A stretch of DNA of 64,000 nucleotides from a virus. Taxonomy: Duplodnaviria > Caudoviricetes. The stretch lies in the IMG/VR virus record IMGVR_UViG_3300012344_000013, positions 1 to 64,000 of that record; one strand, 5' to 3'. Positions 28,951-39,078 of this stretch are shown here, in pieces. The position numbers were made by a program, and so were the translations under genes. Numbering within the stretch: the stretch's first letter is position 1; each line of letters begins with the position of its first letter. Under the pieces are notes generated by a model. The model saw nothing but the letters and a program-made list of their open reading frames with translations. It was not told where the DNA came from and made no database searches.

Positions 28951-30447
28951 ATGGCTCAGAATTTAATGGAAGCCTATAAGAAAAGGCTCACAATAGCTGA
29001 AAGCTATTTTGCTAAGAATCACAACGGTCAGAAACCCGACCAGAATAGAATGCTTGTTACTGCACAGGTACTTAAGAATGCTAACCAATTCCTTGGTGAA
29101 GCGTTTGATAATTCAGTAGGTACTCAGCGTGCCGATATGGGGATGTATAAACGTTTCGTAATGAACATCGACACGATAACGCTTCCCAACCTTATTTCTC
29201 ACGACCTTGTAGCGGTTGTTCCTATGTCTTCAATGACTGGTTATGTTACCTATACAAAGTTTGTAAGTGGTTCAAAAAAAGGCGAAGTTAAGATTGGCGA
29301 TGAATTCAATTCACCTTTTGCACTCGGTGAAGCCCTTCAGAAAAACTTCACTGGACAGGTTGTAACACAAGAAGCAACAGCAGCTGCCGGCTCAGCTACA
29401 CTTAGTCCCGATTGGTTCCCAATTGTTAGTGTTAAGTTTGTTAAGCTTAAAGAAGGTAATAAAGAATTTGATATAGTTGATACATTCTCTAGCGACGAAG
29501 AGGTTAAAAAGAAAGAAGTTACTATTGCACTTCCCGCAGAGCTTCTTAGAGGTGAGGCACCTGCAGCTGATGGAATTACAAAAGCTGCTTGGAATCATAA
29601 TTTCCAGACAAAAGCAAATTCATCCATTACCATCACCTTTGGCGACAATACCGTTAAAGGTGCTATTAAAGTAGGTTATATTTACGATAACGTACGTATT
29701 CCTCAGGAAGACCTTCCTACGCTTGATATGCGTATGGACGGTATAGCTCTTATGGCTAAACCTCGTAGAATTGCTATTTACTTCTCACAGATGGCTGCTT
29801 TCCAAGCTAAGACTGAGTATGGTATGGATATGGGTGCACAGCTTGCTGAACAGGCTGCCGGCGTACTTGCATATGATATTGATACTGAGGTTATTAGACT
29901 TCTTGCTGATATGGCTAAGGAGAACAATGACGGTCTTACCTGGAATCGCACTATCCCTGTAGGCGTATCTAAGCTTGAGCACTATGCTGGATTTGAAGAG
30001 GCAATTTATCTTGCAGCTCAGAAAATTTATAATAGAACTCAGAAGTTCACTGCTAACTTTATGGTTATTGCAAGTGATATTCTTCCTATTATTTCTCTTT
30101 GCAAAAGTTTCGTAGCCGCTCCCATTACTAACATTAGCGGTCCTTATATGGCTGGTACTTTTGGCGGTATCAAAGTATTTGTATCACCTGCTGTTGGTGA
30201 GGGTAAAGCTATCTTCGGTTATAAAGGAAATGGCCTTGAAGCAGCCCCTGCTGTTCTCGGTACGTTTATGCCTATTGTACCTACTCAACTTATTCAAGGT
30301 CCCGATGGCGGTTCTGCACAAGGCTTCAGCTCACTAGTAGATATTCAGCGTCTTAACAGTGCTCTTGTTGCAGAGCTTACCGTTGATGGCGAGGTTAATA
30401 CTTACTATGGTGTAGGTACTAATAAGTTCGCTGTAAGTACTAACTAA
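28951..30447 (+). CDS. Major capsid protein (T4 gp23-like)
   Basis: 'LPNLISHDLVAVVPMSSMTG', 'AKPRRI', 'DIDTEVI', 'ANFMVI', 'FMP'; biased codon usage; strong terminator downstream. Confidence 0.9.
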   Translation: MAQNLMEAYKKRLTIAESYFAKNHNGQKPDQNRMLVTAQVLKNANQFLGEAFDNSVGTQRADMGMYKRFVMNIDTITLPNLISHDLVAVVPMSSMTGYVTYTKFVSGSKKGEVKIGDEFNSPFALGEALQKNFTGQVVTQEATAAAGSATLSPDWFPIVSVKFVKLKEGNKEFDIVDTFSSDEEVKKKEVTIALPAELLRGEAPAADGITKAAWNHNFQTKANSSITITFGDNTVKGAIKVGYIYDNVRIPQEDLPTLDMRMDGIALMAKPRRIAIYFSQMAAFQAKTEYGMDMGAQLAEQAAGVLAYDIDTEVIRLLADMAKENNDGLTWNRTIPVGVSKLEHYAGFEEAIYLAAQKIYNRTQKFTANFMVIASDILPIISLCKSFVAAPITNISGPYMAGTFGGIKVFVSPAVGEGKAIFGYKGNGLEAAPAVLGTFMPIVPTQLIQGPDGGSAQGFSSLVDIQRLNSALVAELTVDGEVNTYYGVGTNKFAVSTN

Positions 30448-30489
30448 TTAAACAAGTTAAATAAAGGTTTAATCCACCTATAAAAGTTG

Positions 30490-30525
30490 TAAGGCTGGCT
30501 GATTTTATCGTCAGCCAGCCTTATT
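30490..30525 (+). terminator. Intrinsic terminator after the capsid gene
   Basis: TAAGGCTGGCTGA / TCAGCCAGCCTTA, 13-bp perfect stem. Confidence 0.8.
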
Positions 30526-30528
30526 ATA

Positions 30529-30540
30529 TTGTATATAATA
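30529..30540 (+). promoter_or_regulatory. TTGTATA-type phage promoter
   Basis: TTGTATATAATA directly after the terminator; the motif also occurs at 7837, 12761, 20004, 39300, 47763 and 54270. Confidence 0.55.
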
Positions 30541-30557
30541 ATAAGAGTGGTGATTAA

Positions 30558-31271
30558 GTGGATTTAGATGCTTATAGAGAAGAAGTAAAGTTCAAAGTAA
30601 CTGGTGGACTATTAAATCTAGAAATAGATGATTCAGCAGTAGATAAAGTAATAAATGCTTCTTTAAGAGAAATACAAAGATATATTTGTAGTACAAAGAT
30701 AATAACAATTCCTTATAGTAAGTGTATAGATTTAACTGATTATCACGTAAATGCAGTAACTAGTGTATATCGAACAAACAGTATGAGTACTGGTGATATT
30801 AACTATGTGGGCACACAAATAGACCCAATGCAAGCTTCTTATTGGCAGTTAGCAAGTGGTACAGGTAATTTATATAACTTTCAGAATTATGCGTATAATT
30901 ACGCTTCTTGGAATACCTTACAGCAGATAAGCAATACTATATCAACTGATTTAGCATATTATTTTGATAAGTCTGAGAATAAGTTATATATAAATACTTC
31001 TCAAGGTACTCCCACTAATATTACTATTGAATACGTTCCTAGATACGACGATGTATCTCAAATAAATTCAGATTATTGGATAGACATATTAGTTAGATTA
31101 TCAGTAGCTAACTTAAAAGTAATATTAGGGAATATAAGAACGAGATATCAGCAGTCAAACGCTCTTTGGACTCAAGATGGTGAATCCATGAGAAGTGAAG
31201 GTAATACAGAACTTCAAGAATTGAGGGCGACTTTAGTACAAAATACTCAGTTGATATATCCAGTTGATTGA
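30558..31271 (+). CDS. Neck / head-tail adaptor (T4 gp13-like)
   Basis: Position after MCP; 'A.LKVILG.IR.RY...W..DGE.M..EG..EL.EL' C-terminus. Confidence 0.75.
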   Translation: MDLDAYREEVKFKVTGGLLNLEIDDSAVDKVINASLREIQRYICSTKIITIPYSKCIDLTDYHVNAVTSVYRTNSMSTGDINYVGTQIDPMQASYWQLASGTGNLYNFQNYAYNYASWNTLQQISNTISTDLAYYFDKSENKLYINTSQGTPTNITIEYVPRYDDVSQINSDYWIDILVRLSVANLKVILGNIRTRYQQSNALWTQDGESMRSEGNTELQELRATLVQNTQLIYPVD

Positions 31272-31311
31272 TAATGATTTACAAAAAACTTTGTAAAAAG
31301 GAGAAATATAA

Positions 31312-33033
31312 ATGGCTAATTATTTAGCAGAAGCTTTTAAGGCTTTTGAAGCTCTTGAAGAAGATACCTTTGAGATTAATGATGAAGGTATTGAGCAGCT
31401 TGATGGTTTCATTGATGATTCTAGTGCTTTTGATAAAGAAACAATAGATATATTTGATGTAGATGCTGAAGAGGAAGAAGACCTTAAAGACAGCTATGTA
31501 GGCGATGCAATTTTAGATTGTAATGTTTGTCATGAAAAACTTTTTAAGAAAAAAGAAGATATTGTAATTGATGAAGATACGCAGATGGCTAATGTAGGAG
31601 AAGAGTGTCCTTATTGCTTTGCAGTAGATGGATTCAAAGTAGTAGGTGAGATTGCTCCTTTCCAGCCTAAGAAAGAAAAAGAAGAAGTTGAAGTGGAAGA
31701 GACAGAAGAAGTTACTGAAGCTTTTGATAAAGCAGGTGGTCCTTTCTGGTATTTTACAAAACACGGGGTTCAACCTGGTTCAGTGCCAAAAGGTATTTCA
31801 GTAGGTGAAGTTAAAGATACTCCTGAAGGAACTTTCTTTACTTCTGATAAGGTACTTACTACTAAAGAACTTAATGACTTTGATATAGTAGAAAAGAAGC
31901 CCCTTAAAGAAGATACTATTAAACAAGATGGTAAGTGGGTAAATAAAGGTAAAGAGGGTACACACGGTACTTTCAAAACTAAGAAAGCAGCAGATGCTCA
32001 AAGAAAAGCAATGTTTGCCCGTGGTTTCAAAGAAGAACCAAAGAAAAAGTTAATACCAGAGAGTTTAGGTTCTGATGTAGCTAAATATCAAAAATGGGTA
32101 GATTATGATATGAAGAGATATCATGATATATCTGACAAAACCAATGAAGAAGTTAAAAAGGCAGGACTTCAGATAGTTAAAGATAAGTATGGCGATTATC
32201 AGGTAATTGCTGGTAAATATAATGAATCTCTTGAAGAAGTTTCTTTCAAAACAAAAGATGCTAGAGTAGAGATGAAAGCTGATGAAGATGGTAAAGTAAC
32301 TGTTACTTCTGAGCCTAATAACGAATGTTGTGGCGAAGAAGAAGAAGTAATTAAACCTCTTTCAAAAGAAGATGAAGAAAAGATAGAAGGCAATGATGAA
32401 GAGATTGAAGAAGTAGATGGAGAATCATTTGATGAGCTTGAAGAGAGTTTTCTTAAGAAAGTGTATTCAAATGTAGATTCATACGAAACAACTTCAATTG
32501 ATAAAAAAGATGGTAAGTTCTTTGTAGAAGGTTTTATTAAATTTAATTCTGGCAAAACAAAGAAAGCCTCTTTTGTATTTGAATCTGTAGGTAAAACTCC
32601 TCGTAACAAGTATAGATTTATTGGAGAATCGACCCAAATAACTCCTAAGAAGAATGCTTTTAGAATTATTGGTAATAAGGTTGGAAACAAGTTTGTTGCT
32701 GAGAGTATGAATTATGACTTTAGAACTAAAAATCTTAATGAATCTGTTAGAATAAGTGGAAGAGTAGTTACTAATATAAAAGAAGCAGTAGACCTTTCAG
32801 ATAAGAAAGGTTCTATCACAAATGTTCTAACTTCTCATAAAGAAGAAATTTCAAAAGCTTCTTCAGTAAAAGAAATGTTAGATTTACTTAATAAATGGTT
32901 CAAAGAAGAAGGTATCGATACTCCTGCTTCTAAGAGACTTATAAATACTGTGTCTAAAAAGAAAGATATAGCCGATGCACAATTCGCTGTATATAATTCT
33001 ATTCTTAAAGGCGCAGGACAAGGCGTTATTTAA
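31312..33033 (+). CDS. Acidic multi-cassette head/core protein with a zinc-ribbon (CxxC...CPxC)
   Basis: CNVC / CPYC; many hydrophobic-x-E|[ADS] sites separating compositionally distinct blocks. Confidence 0.6.
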   Translation: MANYLAEAFKAFEALEEDTFEINDEGIEQLDGFIDDSSAFDKETIDIFDVDAEEEEDLKDSYVGDAILDCNVCHEKLFKKKEDIVIDEDTQMANVGEECPYCFAVDGFKVVGEIAPFQPKKEKEEVEVEETEEVTEAFDKAGGPFWYFTKHGVQPGSVPKGISVGEVKDTPEGTFFTSDKVLTTKELNDFDIVEKKPLKEDTIKQDGKWVNKGKEGTHGTFKTKKAADAQRKAMFARGFKEEPKKKLIPESLGSDVAKYQKWVDYDMKRYHDISDKTNEEVKKAGLQIVKDKYGDYQVIAGKYNESLEEVSFKTKDARVEMKADEDGKVTVTSEPNNECCGEEEEVIKPLSKEDEEKIEGNDEEIEEVDGESFDELEESFLKKVYSNVDSYETTSIDKKDGKFFVEGFIKFNSGKTKKASFVFESVGKTPRNKYRFIGESTQITPKKNAFRIIGNKVGNKFVAESMNYDFRTKNLNESVRISGRVVTNIKEAVDLSDKKGSITNVLTSHKEEISKASSVKEMLDLLNKWFKEEGIDTPASKRLINTVSKKKDIADAQFAVYNSILKGAGQGVI

Positions 33034-33055
33034 TTAGTACAGGGAGATAGTCTTT

Positions 33056-33553
33056 ATGGAGAATAAATACGGTATTTTATTAAATGACAATATAAAACTT
33101 CATAGAGACTATTTCAATGAAATGTGCTCTTTGATAGGAATACAAGTTATATATAGAGCCCCAAGAGAAGGTAAACATTATACAACTTATGGTGAATTAG
33201 ATTGTAATTTTTATGAGCCTTTAACTGTAGGTTGCATATTTGTAGAGCATCCTGACCAACAAACTCTTAAGAAGATAGGTTGGGTATCAGAATTACAAGA
33301 TTCATCCTCCCTAATCAATGTTCCATATGATTTACCTAGATTACAGCAAGGAGCTTTATTTATAATACCTAGTGGTTTAGATAATGCTAAAGGTAGAGTA
33401 TTTAGAGTAGTAAAACTCACTAATTCCATTGTATATCCATCAGCAATAACTTGTGAAATAATCCCTGAGTTTGAAGATTCTTATGAACCAAGGCCTCAAG
33501 AATATAAGCATAGTAGTTTTAATTTACTAAAAGGAGAAGATGATGAAATATAA
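33056..33553 (+). CDS. Head closure/neck protein (gp14-like)
   Basis: Position and size; 'TLKKIGWVSE...PYDLP.LQ.G'. Confidence 0.55.
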   Translation: MENKYGILLNDNIKLHRDYFNEMCSLIGIQVIYRAPREGKHYTTYGELDCNFYEPLTVGCIFVEHPDQQTLKKIGWVSELQDSSSLINVPYDLPRLQQGALFIIPSGLDNAKGRVFRVVKLTNSIVYPSAITCEIIPEFEDSYEPRPQEYKHSSFNLLKGEDDEI

Positions 33554-34130
33554 TAAAAGATTATTAGAATATAGAACTTCTTCTCGAGTAAAGGGCTATA
33601 CAATTGATGACTATGTAGAAGAAAAATTCCCTGATATAAACACTGCATATATAAAAGGATTAGTATACAACTCTATTTTCAAAAGTTATAGAGGTAGAGA
33701 GATAGAGCAGTGGTATAAATATGGCCCTTATTATACAAATGATTTTATAGATTTTCTTGTTAAACTTACTAAAAATAAGAATGTTGTAATAAATTCTAAA
33801 AATTATTCTTTAATTTCTTACTTATATGAACACGAGTATGATAAAGGCGATTTGAGAGATTTTGTTCCCGATGGTTTTGATACGGAATGGTTGTTAAATA
33901 AATCTTTGTACAACGACAGAACCTTACGTGAGTTTGAATACACTATAAAAGTTTTAGGGATATTTGATAATTTACAAGCTTTAGAGAAATGGTTTGATAA
34001 AGATGTAGCAGAAGAATTAAATCCTAAAATATTCTTTGACGGCAATAAGATAAAATCAGTTAGTGAGATAGCTAAAATGGTTAATGAACTTTCTTCTAAA
34101 TATGGTATAAATAAAAAGAAGAAGAGGTAA
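33540..34130 (+). CDS. Hypothetical protein (possible internal head protein)
   Basis: Overlapping, coupled start; N-terminal 'RLLE-Y'. Confidence 0.5.
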   Translation: MMKYNKRLLEYRTSSRVKGYTIDDYVEEKFPDINTAYIKGLVYNSIFKSYRGREIEQWYKYGPYYTNDFIDFLVKLTKNKNVVINSKNYSLISYLYEHEYDKGDLRDFVPDGFDTEWLLNKSLYNDRTLREFEYTIKVLGIFDNLQALEKWFDKDVAEELNPKIFFDGNKIKSVSEIAKMVNELSSKYGINKKKKR

Positions 34131-34134
34131 TTAA

Positions 34135-34722
34135 ATGAGTGTTAAGTTATATGATGATGCTTTATTAGAAAAGCTTAAGTATTGGACAGAAGATGCTGAA
34201 TGTCAGATAGTAGGTCCAGAAGAAACAAGGGAACTATTTGAAATAAAAGCAGATAAAAATGATGACAAACCTATAAAATTACCTTTGATAAGTCTTATAC
34301 ATAGAGGAGGATATACAGTTACTAATTATAGTAAAAGACCTCTTACATTTGATGGTTTAATGTTAGATTCAACTATTCCGACAAGTATATCATTAAATGC
34401 TGTTCCTATAAGTATTCCTTATCAAATAGATATTTATACTAGATATTATGAAGAAGCAGACGAATACTTAAGAAATTTTATATTTAATATAATAAATTTC
34501 CCAAAGGTAGAAGTTATAATACCATATAACAATATAGAATTAGCACATGATTCTAATATATATTTATCAGAATCTATTGTAGAAAACAGTAATGTGCCAG
34601 TTAGATTAAGATATGGTCAATTAACCAAACTATCTTTGGTTTTAGATATAGATGATGCATATATATTCGATGCTAAAGTTAGAGATAATTATAGTATTGA
34701 ATGTAGTGTAAAAGTTGATTAA
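34135..34722 (+). CDS. Tail terminator / sheath stabiliser (gp15-like)
   Basis: 'IKLPLISL', 'PISIPYQIDIYTR'; directly precedes the sheath gene. Confidence 0.65.
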   Translation: MSVKLYDDALLEKLKYWTEDAECQIVGPEETRELFEIKADKNDDKPIKLPLISLIHRGGYTVTNYSKRPLTFDGLMLDSTIPTSISLNAVPISIPYQIDIYTRYYEEADEYLRNFIFNIINFPKVEVIIPYNNIELAHDSNIYLSESIVENSNVPVRLRYGQLTKLSLVLDIDDAYIFDAKVRDNYSIECSVKVD

Positions 34723-34743
34723 AAATAAAGGAGAAAAAGATAG

Positions 34744-36918
34744 ATGCCTACTATAAATATCAAAGAGCTTGATAAAACTACTGCTGTTGAATCTGCTGTT
34801 GATACTAATGTGGTATATGTTCCTGGATTTTCTGCAAAGGTAGTTGATAAATTACTAAAGCATACAGAAAAAGATGCTAGCGGAAAAGAAGTAACTATTC
34901 CTGACGCTATTATATTCGATGAAAGTGGTCTTGGCGTTGAGGTTAATACTGTTACGCCTTATGGCCAAGAAGGACAGAAAGCTTACAATACTGCAGATAA
35001 ACGTATTTGGAGGTGCGTTTCTGGTAAGACAAGCCAGAAAATGTTCACTGAAGCAGGTATTCTTCCAGAAAAAATCAATTATAAAGAACTTTCTTCAGCT
35101 GGTGCAGTTGAAATTTCTGATAGCTTACTTCCTTATCTCTTTACCAAGAGAACTGAAGGTGGCCAAGACTACTATGATTCAGTAGATAAGTATGTACAAG
35201 GCACCACTTATTATTTAGCCACAGTAGATAAATATACATTTAATCAAAGTATTGAGATACCAGGTGGATTTTACAAAGATAGTAGTAAACCTACTTGGAT
35301 AACTCGCGAAGTGCAGGGAACTCTTATCAAACAAGCAGGTAATGAGTTTGCAATTGATAAGCTAACAGTTGTAAGTGGCACAATAGCTTCTCTTGCAGAG
35401 AAAGATACTGATGTACCTATGAATCTTAATACATCAACAGCATTTAATAATCTATATTCAGGTACTATAGCTTTTAACGAAGAACCTAATGACAAAGGTA
35501 ACTACACAGTAACTCTAGCTGGTGATATTAAACCTGGTTCAGATAGTGAAACCGCGTATTTTGTAATAAATAGCAATATTGCTTCAACGCTTACCTACCA
35601 AGTTAGCGGCACTGCTTGGGAGGAGTTAAACGAGACAGAATATGATATTCCTTCTTTTAATGAAGCTGTTGAGTTTACAGCTACGACAAAAGAGCAAGAC
35701 TTTGTAGATACTTTTGGCGACACGCCTTATATCTTCCCAGAAGCACAAGCTTATCCTGTTAACGGAAAAAACGCTTTTAGTGCTTCAGCCTATGCTAGTG
35801 GCAACAATGTGATTGTAGATAAGGGTTCACCTGATAAATCATATATTTATGCGAGAGAACTTCTTAATGCAGGTCTAAGTGTAGTTTATGAAGCAGTTGT
35901 AGAATTAGTAGAAGATGATTCTTTAGCCGGATATCCTACAGGGGCTAAGATTGTAAAGAGACCTGATGTGGCTTATCTATATAGACGTTTTATCGGAGCT
36001 GATGGAAAAGATGACATATTCAATTCACTTACAGATAAAGGTACTTACAATATTAAATTTATTACTTCCGGCGGTTATCCTACCTTTGAGTATGGTATAG
36101 GTAACGCTGCTGCGACTGTAATGAACAATGCTGCCGTGGATAGGGGCGATGTTGCTGTACTTATTGACCCAACAGACTATCCGGGTAGAACATTATGTCC
36201 TTCTGATAGGGGTTCTGTGTATAATGTTGCTAATAATAGTGCAGATTATAGTTTGCTTCCCTTAGCAGGTCCTACATCTGATAAAGGTGGAGCTTATGCG
36301 GCTATGGTACCTGTGTGGATTAAATATACATCACCTACTTATGGTCAGATGATATCGATGCCTGGCTCATTTGCATATCTTATTTCTTATGCAAACTCAG
36401 TTAAGACTTACGCTGATTGGTTAGCTATTGCAGGTGTAGCTCGTGGTATTATTCCTAATTGTCAGGGTGTTAACAGTTTCCATGTACTTACCAATAGTAT
36501 TGCAGAAGCATATCAAGCAAAGACAGGAATTTCAATCAATCCCATAACTTATATTAGAGGATATGGCTATGCGCTTTGGGGAAATAGAACATTACTTAAT
36601 AATAATGGCCTTACTGCTTCTTCATTCCTTAACCTTAGAAGTCTTGTATGCGATGTTAAGAAAACTGTATATGCTGCTTGTCGTAGATATATGTTTGAGC
36701 AAAACAATGATGTATTATGGGTAAGTTTCAAGTCTGCCATCACTCCCACATTAGAGAAGATGGTAGCTGGATATGGAATTGAAAGTTATAAAATCGTTAA
36801 ACTTCCTACAAGAGAGAAAGCTAAAATAGTTGCTGAAATTATTTTAACTCCTATTTATGCAGTAGAAGATTTCGAAGTAACAATTGTACTCACTGACAGT
36901 GAGTTAACAGTAGAGTAA
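34744..36918 (+). CDS. Tail sheath protein with a large N-proximal insertion
   Basis: 'MPTINIKELDKT' start; 'W.AIAG..RG', 'INPI...GY.LWGNRTL', 'FEQNN..LW..F' sheath C-terminus. Confidence 0.9.
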   Translation: MPTINIKELDKTTAVESAVDTNVVYVPGFSAKVVDKLLKHTEKDASGKEVTIPDAIIFDESGLGVEVNTVTPYGQEGQKAYNTADKRIWRCVSGKTSQKMFTEAGILPEKINYKELSSAGAVEISDSLLPYLFTKRTEGGQDYYDSVDKYVQGTTYYLATVDKYTFNQSIEIPGGFYKDSSKPTWITREVQGTLIKQAGNEFAIDKLTVVSGTIASLAEKDTDVPMNLNTSTAFNNLYSGTIAFNEEPNDKGNYTVTLAGDIKPGSDSETAYFVINSNIASTLTYQVSGTAWEELNETEYDIPSFNEAVEFTATTKEQDFVDTFGDTPYIFPEAQAYPVNGKNAFSASAYASGNNVIVDKGSPDKSYIYARELLNAGLSVVYEAVVELVEDDSLAGYPTGAKIVKRPDVAYLYRRFIGADGKDDIFNSLTDKGTYNIKFITSGGYPTFEYGIGNAAATVMNNAAVDRGDVAVLIDPTDYPGRTLCPSDRGSVYNVANNSADYSLLPLAGPTSDKGGAYAAMVPVWIKYTSPTYGQMISMPGSFAYLISYANSVKTYADWLAIAGVARGIIPNCQGVNSFHVLTNSIAEAYQAKTGISINPITYIRGYGYALWGNRTLLNNNGLTASSFLNLRSLVCDVKKTVYAACRRYMFEQNNDVLWVSFKSAITPTLEKMVAGYGIESYKIVKLPTREKAKIVAEIILTPIYAVEDFEVTIVLTDSELTVE

Positions 36919-36931
36919 AGGAGGTTAATGT

Positions 36932-37519
36932 ATGCCTATATCAGAACATTCAAGTGCATATCATTTAGCACAAAATCCTAGGCTGTACGAAATTCAGAGA
37001 GATAACAACTTTGAATTTGTAGTGCCAGACCTTGATAATATTGTAAGAGCAGGTATGACCGGAACAGAGGCAAATGCTAAAATAGGTAATGCTTCTGAAA
37101 TACTTAGAATATCAGTATCGAGTGCATTTGTACCTCACTTTACACAGGGCGTTATATCAGTGCAGAGAGGCAATACTTCCATTAAGTATGCAGGTGTAAT
37201 GACTTTTGGTGAAGGAAGTCTTGTTATAGATGATTTCATCGGGGCTCGTTCAAAAGATATACTTAGAGCATGGCAAGCACTTTCTGGTAGACCAGGTTCT
37301 CCTGATGAAGTTGGTCTTGTATCTGAATATAAGAAAGATGCTTACTTACTTGAATATACTCCTGATTATAAAACCGTTGTAAGAACTTGGGTTCTTCATG
37401 GCTGCTGGATAAGTGGTTTAACAGAGGGTGAGTATAATCACGAGAATAACAATAAGAAGCAAGTAACAGCTACTATTCAGTATGACTGGGGCGAAGAAGA
37501 TTTATCTTCTGAAGTTTAA
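36932..37519 (+). CDS. Tail tube protein (gp19-like)
   Basis: 'RGN..IKYAG', 'YKKDAYLLEY.P...RTW.L.GCW', 'ATIQYD'. Confidence 0.9.
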   Translation: MPISEHSSAYHLAQNPRLYEIQRDNNFEFVVPDLDNIVRAGMTGTEANAKIGNASEILRISVSSAFVPHFTQGVISVQRGNTSIKYAGVMTFGEGSLVIDDFIGARSKDILRAWQALSGRPGSPDEVGLVSEYKKDAYLLEYTPDYKTVVRTWVLHGCWISGLTEGEYNHENNNKKQVTATIQYDWGEEDLSSEV

Positions 37520-37526
37520 TTATAAC

Positions 37527-37562
37527 GTACTAAGAGGGTTAAATTCCCTCTTAGTACTATTT
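37527..37562 (+). terminator. Intrinsic terminator
   Basis: GTACTAAGAGGG / CCCTCTTAGTAC stem. Confidence 0.75.
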
Positions 37563-37578
37563 ACATGAAGGAGTAAAG

Positions 37579-39078
37579 ATGAACATATTTGAAAGCATAG
37601 AAATTCATAATGAGTTAAATCCAAAAATATGGGATAAAGAAAATCATTTACTCCCTGATGTAAGTAAGAAACTCAAAGAAATAGTTGATTATTATAAATT
37701 ACAATCTCAGGTAAAATTACAAGTAATAGATGCCCTATTAGTAGGAAGTAATTGTTCCTATAATTATACAGATAAATCAGATTTAGATTTACATTTAGTA
37801 ACTAATTTTGATAATTACAATTTAGATAAAGAAGCAATTAGTGCTATATTAAATTCAGAGAAATCTTCTTTTAACAATAATTATGACATAACTATACATG
37901 GTATAGATGTAGAGTTATATGTAGAAGATGTAAAATCAAGCACCGCTTCTAATGGCATATATTCTTTATATAAAGACAAATGGGTAAAATTTCCCGATAA
38001 ATTAGATGGAGTACCTGTAATAAATATTGATAGAGAAGTAGAAATTTGGTCTAAGATACTGAATAATGTTTTAGAATCTAAAGATTATAATTATATAAAT
38101 TCTATAATAGATAGATTATATATGATAAGACATAATTCTATTGCGGCTGATGGCGAATTTGGCAAAGGTAATCAGTTATTTAAGGAATTGCGTAATAGAG
38201 GATTTTTAGATAAAATAAAAGAGCGTAAAACTGAATTAGTATCAAAAGATTTATCTTTAGAAAGTTTAAGAGAATCCAAGCAGCCTTTAACAGAAGCAAC
38301 CAGAACTCAGTTAATAGGTAAATCAAGACGTTCTCAAAAAGGCAATGAAAGATTTAATAGAAGACAAAAATCAAGAGTAGCCAATACAGTAAGAGAATTT
38401 AATTCTATTGATATGAATCAATTATTCAAAGATAATATATTAACAGTTAATATCTCTGTAAATGGAGAAACTGATAATTATATTGTAAGAATTAAGTTTG
38501 GTGGCTTTTTAGATATAGTTAAAGAAAAAATAGAGAGATTTGGGAAATTAGATTTACGAGTAGTTATATCTTCACTTAAAGAAGCCTTTAATAGAGAAGA
38601 TGTATTAGTACACTGTTCGTGTGATGATTTTAAGTATCGCTTCGCTTTTTGGCTCACAGCAAATAAAGAAAATAGCGGAGATGCAGAAAACAGGCCTTCT
38701 AATATAACTAATCCAGATGATAGTTTAGGCAGTGGTTGTAAGCATATTTTATTAGTATTGAATAATAACAGCTGGATAATAAAAGTAGCAAGTGTTATTT
38801 GGTCTTATATAAATTATATGGAACAGCATTATCCTAAAATGTATGCTGACATAATTTATCCTGCTTTATACGGTAAAGATTATGAAGAACCCGTACAGTT
38901 AAGTATAGAAGATGAAGATGAATTAGCTTCAGAAGAAGATGATTTAACTGATATTATAGACCAAGGCAGCAAACGTGCTCAATTCCAGAAAGGAAATAAG
39001 CAAGGTGTACGTTTTGCTAAAGAAGAAAAACCTGATACTAATCAGCAAACATTGGATGATTTGGAGGATAATGAATAA
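37579..39078 (+). CDS. Pol-beta-superfamily nucleotidyltransferase fused to a SWIM-type zinc-finger domain
   Basis: hGS...SDhDh motif 'LVGSNCSYNYTDKSDLDLHL' plus 'VELYVED'; C-terminal half 'HCSCDDF...GCKH'. Confidence 0.7.
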   Translation: MNIFESIEIHNELNPKIWDKENHLLPDVSKKLKEIVDYYKLQSQVKLQVIDALLVGSNCSYNYTDKSDLDLHLVTNFDNYNLDKEAISAILNSEKSSFNNNYDITIHGIDVELYVEDVKSSTASNGIYSLYKDKWVKFPDKLDGVPVINIDREVEIWSKILNNVLESKDYNYINSIIDRLYMIRHNSIAADGEFGKGNQLFKELRNRGFLDKIKERKTELVSKDLSLESLRESKQPLTEATRTQLIGKSRRSQKGNERFNRRQKSRVANTVREFNSIDMNQLFKDNILTVNISVNGETDNYIVRIKFGGFLDIVKEKIERFGKLDLRVVISSLKEAFNREDVLVHCSCDDFKYRFAFWLTANKENSGDAENRPSNITNPDDSLGSGCKHILLVLNNNSWIIKVASVIWSYINYMEQHYPKMYADIIYPALYGKDYEEPVQLSIEDEDELASEEDDLTDIIDQGSKRAQFQKGNKQGVRFAKEEKPDTNQQTLDDLEDNE

